The notes beneath the pieces are model-generated. The model was given only the letters and a program-made list of their open reading frames with translations, was not told the origin of the DNA and made no database searches. Position numbers and translations under genes: made by a program. Positions 54,249 to 62,067 of a stretch of 64,000 nt of DNA are shown piece by piece. Position 1 is the stretch's first letter. Each line of letters begins with the position of its first letter. The DNA is from Burkholderiales bacterium (lineage in GTDB: Bacteria; Pseudomonadota; Gammaproteobacteria; Burkholderiales; JABEVD01), in assembly GCA_019753155.1 (NCBI GenBank), contig JAIELG010000020.1, forward strand, positions 8,773 through 72,772, written 5' to 3'.

Positions 54249-55444
54249 CGTCTGGAGAGCGCCTGAACCGGGTCGAGTTGGGAAGCCCTGCGGGCGGGCA
54301 TGAGGCTGAACAGAATCCCGGTTGCGAGCGCCGTGCCGATCGCGGCGCCTATTGCCCACCAGGGGGCGGATACGGGAAGCGTCGGGTAGACGCCCGAGAT
54401 GATGTACACCCCGATTTCGCCTGCGATCCATCCGGATATCGCTCCGGCGAGAGAAAGGCTTGCAGCTTCCGCGAAAAAGAGGTTCCTGATCTGCCTCCCG
54501 CTTGCGCCGATTGCCTTCAACAGCCCGATTTCGCGCGTCCGCTGGGACACTGCGATCAGCATCACGTTCATGATCAGGATGCCCGCAACCCCGAGGCTGA
54601 TTCCTGCAATTCCGGCAACAGCCAGGGTGAGGGCGCGAAGGATTGCATCGAAAGTGGCGAGCACGGCGTCCTGCGTGATCACGGTCACGTCGCGCTCCCC
54701 TTCGTGGCGGGCGGCCAGTATTTCGAGCGCATCCTTGCGCGCAAGTTCGAGTTCATCCCGGCTCCTGGCTTCGATCAGGATGCGGAACAGGGATGGGGTG
54801 TTGAACAGCATTTGCGCTGAGACTACCGGGATGATCGCGAGTTCGTCCGTGTCGGACCCCAGGGATTGCCCCTGGGCCGCGAGGATTCCGGCAACCCTGA
54901 AGCGGCGCTCGCCTATCCTGACCCATTGTCCCACTGCCTGGGCGGAACCGAAGAGTTCCTCCTTGACCTTGATTCCGAGTACGCAGACAGGCACGGCATT
55001 TCCCTGCGGCAGGAAGCGTCCCGTCAAGAGTTTCATGTGCCTGATTTCGAGCAGGTCTGAAGTCGAGCCGAGCACCGGCACTTCCCTGTTCCTGCGCCCG
55101 AAGGAGACGAGGCCCGAGCCTACGGTCAGGGGGGCGATGCGCTTCACGTAGCGGCTCTTCAGCAGGGCGCGCGCGTCGTCCAGCGTCAGGTCGCGCGGCG
55201 TTTCTCCGACCAGCATGCCCGGCACGTTGCCCTTCGTTTCGGTACGCCCCGGAAAAACGATCAATAGATTGGTGCCCAAGGCGGAGAACTGGTCGACCAC
55301 GTAGCGGCGGGCGCCTTCGCCGAGCGCGGTGAGGATGACCACGGATGCCACGCCTATCGACATGGCGAGAATCATGAGCAGGGTGCGGGCGCGGCTGCCC
55401 ATGAGGCTTTTCCCGGAGAAAGACAGGATGTCGGGCAGTTTCAT
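54245..55444 (-). CDS. ABC transporter permease (FtsX/MacB-type), first copy
   Basis: 399 aa, paralogous to 53049..54248. Confidence 0.88.
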   Translation of the reverse strand: MKLPDILSFSGKSLMGSRARTLLMILAMSIGVASVVILTALGEGARRYVVDQFSALGTNLLIVFPGRTETKGNVPGMLVGETPRDLTLDDARALLKSRYVKRIAPLTVGSGLVSFGRRNREVPVLGSTSDLLEIRHMKLLTGRFLPQGNAVPVCVLGIKVKEELFGSAQAVGQWVRIGERRFRVAGILAAQGQSLGSDTDELAIIPVVSAQMLFNTPSLFRILIEARSRDELELARKDALEILAARHEGERDVTVITQDAVLATFDAILRALTLAVAGIAGISLGVAGILIMNVMLIAVSQRTREIGLLKAIGASGRQIRNLFFAEAASLSLAGAISGWIAGEIGVYIISGVYPTLPVSAPWWAIGAAIGTALATGILFSLMPARRASQLDPVQALSRR

Positions 55445-56112
55445 GTTTTGTCGGACTCGATCTCGCCGTCGAGCATGAGCACCTGCCTGTTCGCCCTTTT
55501 GCCGATTTCAGGATCGTGGGTGACGAGGATCAGGGTCATGCCCTCCAAGTTGAGCTTCTCGAGCAGGGCGATCACGTCCATGCCGCTCACCCGGTCGAGG
55601 TTCCCGGTGGGTTCGTCAGCGAGCAAGATGCGCGGGTTCATGACGGTTGCCCGTGCGATCGCGACGCGCTGCCGCTGCCCGCCCGAGAGTTGTTCGGGCC
55701 TGTGCTGCCCGCGCTCGTCGAGACCGAGATCGCTCAACAGCCTTGAAGACCTTGCCTTTCTTTCTTCCCCGGCTATCCCGGCAAGCATCATGGGCAGTTC
55801 GACATTCTCCCTTGCGCTCAGGCGGGGAATGAGATGGAAAAACTGGAAGACGAAACCGATTTTTTCGCGCCGCACTGCCGCCTGCTCATCGTCGGAGAGG
55901 CGCGTCACATCCATGCCGTCGAAAGCATAGGTGCCTGAAGTGGGGCGATCGAGGAGGCCGATGAGGTTGAGCAATGTCGACTTTCCCGAACCGGAAGGCC
56001 CCATGATGGAAAGGTATTCCCCTGCCTTCACATCGAGACTGATGTCCTTGAGGGCCGCAACGACCTGATCCCCGACCGTGAATTTCTTCCTGATGTTTTC
56101 GAGCCGGATCAT
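55441..56112 (-). CDS. ABC transporter ATP-binding protein (MacB/LolD-like)
   Basis: GPSGSGKST Walker A, LSGGQRQRVAIARA signature, ILLADEPTGNLD Walker B. Confidence 0.93.
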   Translation of the reverse strand: MIRLENIRKKFTVGDQVVAALKDISLDVKAGEYLSIMGPSGSGKSTLLNLIGLLDRPTSGTYAFDGMDVTRLSDDEQAAVRREKIGFVFQFFHLIPRLSARENVELPMMLAGIAGEERKARSSRLLSDLGLDERGQHRPEQLSGGQRQRVAIARATVMNPRILLADEPTGNLDRVSGMDVIALLEKLNLEGMTLILVTHDPEIGKRANRQVLMLDGEIESDKT

Positions 56113-57260
56113 TTTTCCGCCACGGCGCTTATTCCCGCCTTGACGCCGTTCCGCTCCAGCGATACCACAACCCTGTCTCCCGCCTTGAGGCCTGCGAGCA
56201 CCTCGGTATATTCCCAGTTGGAAAGCCCGGTTTTCACTGTTCGCTCTTCCAGCATGCCGTTCTGAAAGAGCAGCACCCTGTTTCCGTCGAGCAGGGCGCG
56301 GGTGGGGATGCGCAAGGCGTCAGGGTGACTGGAGAGGATCACTTCGGCATCGGCGCTGTAGCCCACGAGCAGCGCTTTCTCGTCCTTCCCTTCGGTGAAA
56401 TCGACATCGATATCCACCGTCCTCGCCTGCTTCTCGATGTCGAGGACGTAGGGCGCGATGCGGGTGATTTTTCCCGAAAAATGACGGCCGGGGAAGGCAT
56501 CCAGGGTGATTCTGGTCGGCATGCCGACCTTGAGGGCGGGCGCATCGACTTCGTCTATGGGGGCGGTCACGTACAGGCGGCTGTCGTCGATGAGATCGAT
56601 GGCGGGCGGGGTGGCAATGCCGGGCGGGGAGGGCGTGGTGAATTCGCCCAGTTCCCCGGTCACCTTGGCCACGATCCCGTCGAAAGGCGCGGTGACCGTG
56701 CTGCGTTCGAGCCCGGCGCTTGCAAGGTCTATGCGCACCATCGCCTCGTCCACGCCGGCTTTCGCCGCTTCGCAGGATGCGCGCTTCGATTTCGCCTGCG
56801 CCGCCGCATTGTCCAGTGACTCGATGGACAGGAATCCTTTTTCATGGAGCTTTGCCTTGCGCTTCATGTCGTTTGCCGCCGCATCGGCGAGCGCGCAGGC
56901 TTCCTGGATACGGTCGCGGGAAGACGCCAGTTGCTCCATGGCGAGCCTTTTCTGGGCGACGAGATCCTTGTTCCAAAGTTCGATCAGCACCTGTCCCTTC
57001 TTCACCCTGTCGCTTTCCCTGACCTTGATGCGGTAGATGAGTCCGCCATTGCTGGGGGCGAGGCTGGCGCGCCGGCAGGCTTTCACGGTGCCGGCGCGCG
57101 TGTTGGCCACGCTCGATTCCACGAGGCCCCGCCCGGCTGCTGCGAGCGCCACCGGAACCGGCTCGGGTTTGGAGAGTGTCCAGATGAGGATTCCGGAAAG
57201 GGCGATCAGCGCGGGAACGATGAGTGCCGCGCGTTTTCCTGAAAAAAAATTAGGTGTCAT
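56109..57260 (-). CDS. Efflux periplasmic adaptor (HlyD/MFP family)
   Basis: 383 aa. N-terminal TM, coiled-coil hairpin and beta-barrel regions. First gene of the operon. Confidence 0.88.
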   Translation of the reverse strand: MTPNFFSGKRAALIVPALIALSGILIWTLSKPEPVPVALAAAGRGLVESSVANTRAGTVKACRRASLAPSNGGLIYRIKVRESDRVKKGQVLIELWNKDLVAQKRLAMEQLASSRDRIQEACALADAAANDMKRKAKLHEKGFLSIESLDNAAAQAKSKRASCEAAKAGVDEAMVRIDLASAGLERSTVTAPFDGIVAKVTGELGEFTTPSPPGIATPPAIDLIDDSRLYVTAPIDEVDAPALKVGMPTRITLDAFPGRHFSGKITRIAPYVLDIEKQARTVDIDVDFTEGKDEKALLVGYSADAEVILSSHPDALRIPTRALLDGNRVLLFQNGMLEERTVKTGLSNWEYTEVLAGLKAGDRVVVSLERNGVKAGISAVAEK

Positions 57261-57287
57261 GGCTCATGTGCGATTTGTTCAGGAGTT

Positions 57288-57568
57288 CCTTGGGGAACCA
57301 CCGATTTACTCCCATGCGGGCGTGACGGCGCATTGCGGGATGAGATTCGCGAAACACGGCGCAGCCAATGGTTATTCCATTGGCAAGCCGCGCGACAAAG
57401 AAGATCGCCCGCAAAGCCCCGTCCCTTCAGGGTTGCGTGAAAATCGAGCGCTCGCTTTGTTGAGCTCCTTGGTGTCGTAGTCCAGCTACGACCTGCGTCA
57501 CTCGTCGTGCGATCATCTCGATTTTCCCAGCAACGCGCTCCACATTGGAGTAAATCGGTGGTTCCTTA
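57288..57568. repeat. Composite inverted-repeat element (MITE/REP-like), ~280 bp
   Basis: Perfect 19-nt inverted repeat: GGAACCACCGATTTACTCC (57294-57312) and GGAGTAAATCGGTGGTTCC (57547-57565). The arms extend imperfectly for ~60 nt. Internal hairpins at 57365-57383 and 57474-57492. GAAAATCGAG (57439) pairs with CTCGATTTTC (57518). Confidence 0.65.
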
Positions 57569-57618
57569 GGCCAATTTAGCGCTTTTGACTGGAACTGACA
57601 ATGTTTTGCGATGGTTCC

Positions 57619-57718
57619 TTGACATCGGCGAAAATATATATCAGAATATAATCGTTATCTGATGGTAACGCCCCTCCTTTGGCCCGACTGCCTGACCCGT
57701 AGCCGGGCCTTGTTTTTT
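57619..57718 (+). ncRNA. Candidate small RNA unit: promoter, 5' hairpin, CU-rich single strand, intrinsic terminator
   Basis: TTGACA (57619-57624), 17 nt, then CAGAAT (57642-57647). Hairpin at 57653-57670. CCCCTCCTTT at 57671-57680. Terminator hairpin at 57681-57709 followed by TTGTTTTTT. No + strand gene lies upstream. Confidence 0.3.
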
Positions 57719-58175
57719 ACAAGGGATGATCGCCGCGGATGGCTGCGGCGAGATCATCGCCGGACAGGGGGCCTTCATGTCGCCCGACGAGTTCGCCTTG
57801 GGGAGAATAGAGGAAGCTGGAAGGCAGTCCTTCCAGTCCGCCGAACCTGGATGCGGTGTCCTCGTTTCCCAGGACCACGGGATAGGTGATGCCCTGTTTT
57901 TTCGTGAAATCGAGCACTTCGTCCCGTTTTTTGTAGCTTACCGCGACACCGATCACGGTAAGTTTGCCGTCCCTGTGCAGGCGTTCGAGATCCGGGATTT
58001 CGGAGAGGCAGCCTGGACACCATGTGGCCCAGAAATTGACCAGCACCCATTTGCCCCTGAAGTCGGAGAGGCTGACGGATTTCCCCGCCGAGTCCATCAG
58101 CGACCAGTTCCCCGCCGCGCAGGCATGGCTGGCGACGGACAGGGCGAGAATCAGGCTCAAGGCGAAACGGATCAT
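57717..58175 (-). CDS. Periplasmic thiol:disulfide oxidoreductase (TlpA/ResA/CcmG-like thioredoxin)
   Basis: Signal peptide. FWATWCPGC active site. Confidence 0.88.
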   Translation of the reverse strand: MIRFALSLILALSVASHACAAGNWSLMDSAGKSVSLSDFRGKWVLVNFWATWCPGCLSEIPDLERLHRDGKLTVIGVAVSYKKRDEVLDFTKKQGITYPVVLGNEDTASRFGGLEGLPSSFLYSPQGELVGRHEGPLSGDDLAAAIRGDHPL

Positions 58176-58197
58176 GGCCGAATTATAGCGGGTTTTT

Positions 58198-59184
58198 TCA
58201 ATAGGCGTAGCGCAGGCCCACGGACAGAATGCGGTTTGCCACGAGCTGGACGCCCGTCACGTCCTGATAGACGGGAATCTGGACATAGCCGTAGGCGGAG
58301 AGGCCTTCGCCCAGCCTCACGGAAACTCCGGGGGCGAGATAGGCGAGATTTCCGCCCGAAAGGGGGCTGCCGTTGAATACATAAGATGCGCCGATGCCGC
58401 TGTCGCTCTGGCGATGGATGATGTTGGCCTGGAGCAATGGGGTCACCTTCTGGCCGAATTTCGCATAATGGATCCCGAGATTCAGGCTATATGCATCTCC
58501 CGGAGTGTAGTACAGGGCATGGTTCGACACGAGCGTATGCTGCGCGAGACCCTGGGCGAACCATCCTAGCTTTCCGATTTGTCCCATGCCGAATGCGCCA
58601 AGAATGATGTCGGTCGAGCCGGTTCCCGGCTGCAGGGCGGCATCGAGGGCCGTGCCGTTGGCGAAGGTGACGTTGTCCGCTCCCGTGGGCAGCTTGATTC
58701 CGAAAATCAGGCCGCTCGTGCGTTCGATCGAAAAGCCCGTATATTTCCCCACAATGCGCAGATCGCCCATGTCCGTGCTGTTCGAGTAATTGTAGGAAGC
58801 GGGATTGGCCGGGCCATTCTGGAAAGTGGTGTGATACCTGTCGACGAAGGGCATCTGGACGCCGACCCCCCAGGTTTCGCCGGTATAGTCGAAGCCCAGC
58901 GTCGTGATGCGGGTGGCGGTCTGGAGCTCGACTTCGTTCCCCGCGGGGTTCGTGTTCGTGCCGGTATTCTGGATGGTGTTCGCGCCTGACAGGGATAGAT
59001 TGGATTTGCCCTGGCGGAACTGGTTCTGGTTGATGAAATCGTAGGAGAGGCTGATCGCGTATCCCGGCTGGGTTTTGACTTCCTGTCCGATCCAGTCTTT
59101 GGACAGCATGCAGCCGCATGCTGCGCAGGCGAAGGCTTTGGCTGGAATTGCGAGCGCGAGCGCAAGCAGGTATTTCCTGTTCAT
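58198..59184 (-). CDS. Porin-like outer membrane beta-barrel protein with N-terminal CAACGC motif
   Basis: Signal peptide ending AFA, then CAACGCM. Alternating beta-strand pattern. C-terminal LRYAY. Confidence 0.7.
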   Translation of the reverse strand: MNRKYLLALALAIPAKAFACAACGCMLSKDWIGQEVKTQPGYAISLSYDFINQNQFRQGKSNLSLSGANTIQNTGTNTNPAGNEVELQTATRITTLGFDYTGETWGVGVQMPFVDRYHTTFQNGPANPASYNYSNSTDMGDLRIVGKYTGFSIERTSGLIFGIKLPTGADNVTFANGTALDAALQPGTGSTDIILGAFGMGQIGKLGWFAQGLAQHTLVSNHALYYTPGDAYSLNLGIHYAKFGQKVTPLLQANIIHRQSDSGIGASYVFNGSPLSGGNLAYLAPGVSVRLGEGLSAYGYVQIPVYQDVTGVQLVANRILSVGLRYAY

Positions 59185-59322
59185 GCGAGTTTCCCCAGAT
59201 TTATGGTTTTAGGAGAATGGATTGTAGGGATTTGTCCATCGCCGGACAATGCGGCATGTTGACGCAGGTGGCATATTTACGAAGCGGTGCTAATGTGAGG
59301 CTATAAACTTTGGCCTCGAATT

Positions 59323-61080
59323 ATGCGTATAGCTATCGTATTGGCAATTATTCTCAGTCTTGCCGGCTGCGGCACCAAGCCGATCAAGCCTGCTCCGCAG
59401 CACTTGCTGGCCGATCCCGGGAAGCATGGGGTCATTCCCCAGTTGGTCAGGGAAAGCGCCGTGCTTCCACCGCCCAGGCCCATGGCGAAAATGGCTGTTT
59501 ACAGCGTATCGGTTTACAATGTTCCGGTCCAGGAACTGCTTTACGCCCTGGCGCGCGATGCCGGTATCAACATCGATATCCATCCCGGCATCAACGGCGT
59601 TGCGACCATCAATGCGATCAACCAGACCTTGCCGCAGATTTTGAGCCGCATCTCGGAGCAGGTCGACATGCGTTATGAAGCCGATGGGCCCAATCTCGCC
59701 GTCATGCCGGATACGCCCTACCTGCTCAACTACAAGGTCGATTACCTCGACATGTCGCGCGACACGAACGGCTCCGTCGCGATCATCACCCAGGTCGCCA
59801 CGCCGGGGGCAGGTGTTTCGACGAGCGGCAGCGGAACCTCGACGGCAGCCGTCAACAATTCGAGCACATCGGTGACGAACACGGTAAGGAACAGGTTCTG
59901 GGAAACGCTGGTTCAGAATGTCAAGGATTTGCTCCACGAAACCGACAAGATATTGCCGGCAGGCACGTCGGAGACCATAGTCGAACAGGCGGGCATTCAG
60001 ACGACGACGGGAACGGGCGCCGCCCCCCCCAGGTCCTCGGGGAAAGGCGCGCAGCAATCTCTTGCAACGAGTCCGAATCCGGCCACGCTTCAGAATGCCG
60101 GAACCACGGTCATCAAGCGCACGACTTTCAGGGAGGCTTCCTCCGTGATAGCGAACCCGGAAACCGGGATCATCAGCATCCGCGCGACTTCTCGGCAGCA
60201 CAAAAAAATTCAGGAATTCCTGGACCGGGTGATGCAAAGCGCGAAAAGGCAGGTTCTGATCGAGGCGACCGTGGTCGAAGTCCAGTTGGGCGACAAGTAT
60301 CAGCAGGGCATCAACTGGGCCGGACTTGCCAGAGGCGGGAAAGGATGGAGTCTTACCCAGGGTCCGACGGGCGGGATCCCGTCGGCCGTCAACCAGAGCC
60401 TCTTCATCCTGAATTATACGAATCCGACTTCAGTCATCGGCAATCTTTCGGCAACCCTGTCCCTGCTCGAATCGTTCGGCAAGGTGAAGGTTCTGTCCAG
60501 CCCCCAGATCAGCGTGCTCAACAATCAGACGGCATTGCTCAAGGTGGTCGACAACCGGATTTATTTCACGATCCAGGCCAACACGAGCCAGAACCAGACC
60601 ACCACGCTCACCACCTATACCACCACGGTTAATTCAGTTCCTGTCGGATTCGTGATGAACGTGACGCCGGAAATCAGCGGCAACGATTCCGTGATCATCA
60701 ATCTGAGGCCTACCGTTTCCCGGATACTAGGCTATGTCTCGGACCCCAATCCTTCCCTGCCGGCCACGGTCAAGAACCTGATTCCGGAAATCCAGACGCG
60801 GGAAATGGAATCGGTGATCAGGGTGAACAGCGGTCAGATCGCAGTCATGGGCGGTTTGATGCAGGACTCGATCAACAATGTGGACGATACCGTGCCCGGA
60901 TTGTTCGGGTTGAAGAACATCGGCAATCTTTTCGCGCACAAGAACGATATGACCACCAAATCCGAACTGGTCATATTCCTGCGCACGATCGTGATCAAGG
61001 ATGCGAGCCTCGAAGGGGATTTCGAGAAATTCAGAAGCGCCCTTCCGACCAGGGATTTTTTCGATACCGACAGGAATTGA
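59323..61080 (+). CDS. mshL: Secretin lipoprotein, MshL-like (type IV pilus/T2SS secretin family)
   Basis: Lipobox LSLAGC. C-terminal secretin domain (VLSSPQISVLNNQTALLKV ... VPGLFGLKNIGNLF). Confidence 0.85.
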   Translation: MRIAIVLAIILSLAGCGTKPIKPAPQHLLADPGKHGVIPQLVRESAVLPPPRPMAKMAVYSVSVYNVPVQELLYALARDAGINIDIHPGINGVATINAINQTLPQILSRISEQVDMRYEADGPNLAVMPDTPYLLNYKVDYLDMSRDTNGSVAIITQVATPGAGVSTSGSGTSTAAVNNSSTSVTNTVRNRFWETLVQNVKDLLHETDKILPAGTSETIVEQAGIQTTTGTGAAPPRSSGKGAQQSLATSPNPATLQNAGTTVIKRTTFREASSVIANPETGIISIRATSRQHKKIQEFLDRVMQSAKRQVLIEATVVEVQLGDKYQQGINWAGLARGGKGWSLTQGPTGGIPSAVNQSLFILNYTNPTSVIGNLSATLSLLESFGKVKVLSSPQISVLNNQTALLKVVDNRIYFTIQANTSQNQTTTLTTYTTTVNSVPVGFVMNVTPEISGNDSVIINLRPTVSRILGYVSDPNPSLPATVKNLIPEIQTREMESVIRVNSGQIAVMGGLMQDSINNVDDTVPGLFGLKNIGNLFAHKNDMTTKSELVIFLRTIVIKDASLEGDFEKFRSALPTRDFFDTDRN

Positions 61081-61083
61081 GCG

Positions 61084-62067
61084 ATGAGCCTTTTGATGGA
61101 TGCCATCAGGAAAGCCGAAGCGGACAAGGCGCCGCCTTTGCCGGAGCCTGCCCCGGCAGAGCCGCCGCTGGAGCTCGAACAGAAGCAGGATGAGCCGCCT
61201 GCGGCAGCCATCGACGACAGGGCGGCGGCAGAGAAACTGTTCGCCGCGAAGCCTGGGGACCGTCGCAATTACTGGATCCTGGCTGCTGTGGCCGCCCTGC
61301 TGCTTGGCGGCGGCATGATGTATTACCGGTACCCGGCGCCGGACAGGACGGTAGGCGCGATTGCGCCGCCGCCTGCGGCGCTTCCGCTGCCCGAAGCGCC
61401 GCAGGAGAAGGTATCCGATGTGGTCGCCGTGCCGAAGCCGCCGGAAAAGAGCCGACAGCAGGAGGCGCCCGTCAACACCGTCAAAATCCAGAAAAGCCCG
61501 GCGAAAGCGGTTGTCAATCCACTTTCCGTCGCGGGCTACCAGGCGATGATGTCAAGAGATCTTGCCGCCGCGCAGAAAGATTACGGACTCCTGCTTGGCC
61601 GCGATCCGCAAAACAGGGAGGCGCTGCTCGGGCTTGCCGCAATCGCCATCAAACGGGGACGCACTGCGCTCGCTGAGCGGTATTACACCAGGGTGCTCGA
61701 AATCGATCCGGAAGATCCGGTCGCCACGGCTAGCCTCGTCAATATCCGTAATCCGGATGACGGGGAGAGCAGGCTGAAGACGCTGCTCAGAAATTCGCCT
61801 GACTCGGGCGCGCTCAATTTCAGTCTGGGCAACCGCTATGCAAGCCAGTTGCTTTGGGCCGATGCGCAGCAGGCCTATTTCAATGCGTACGGGAGCGAAC
61901 CGGGCAATCCTGATTTTGCTTTCAATCTTGCCGTCAGCCTGGATCACCTGAATCAGGGCAAGCTTGCGCTCGAATATTACAGGCGTGCGCTCAAGCTCTC
62001 CGGCGCCGGATTTGCCGGGTTCGATCCTGCCGTGGCTGCAAGCAGAATACAGGAACTGGAAAAATAA
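61084..62067 (+). CDS. TPR-repeat membrane protein (MshN/GspB-like N-terminus)
   Basis: MSLLMDAIRKAEADK N-terminus, one TM, Pro/Ala-rich linker and TPR repeats. Confidence 0.7.
   Translation: MSLLMDAIRKAEADKAPPLPEPAPAEPPLELEQKQDEPPAAAIDDRAAAEKLFAAKPGDRRNYWILAAVAALLLGGGMMYYRYPAPDRTVGAIAPPPAALPLPEAPQEKVSDVVAVPKPPEKSRQQEAPVNTVKIQKSPAKAVVNPLSVAGYQAMMSRDLAAAQKDYGLLLGRDPQNREALLGLAAIAIKRGRTALAERYYTRVLEIDPEDPVATASLVNIRNPDDGESRLKTLLRNSPDSGALNFSLGNRYASQLLWADAQQAYFNAYGSEPGNPDFAFNLAVSLDHLNQGKLALEYYRRALKLSGAGFAGFDPAVAASRIQELEK

Noticed and set aside
57037-57480. 147-aa plus-strand ORF spanning the MFP gene start and the inverted-repeat element
   Set aside because: It is antisense to the adaptor gene for half its length and then runs through palindromic repeats. 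It has no RBS and no recognisable motifs.
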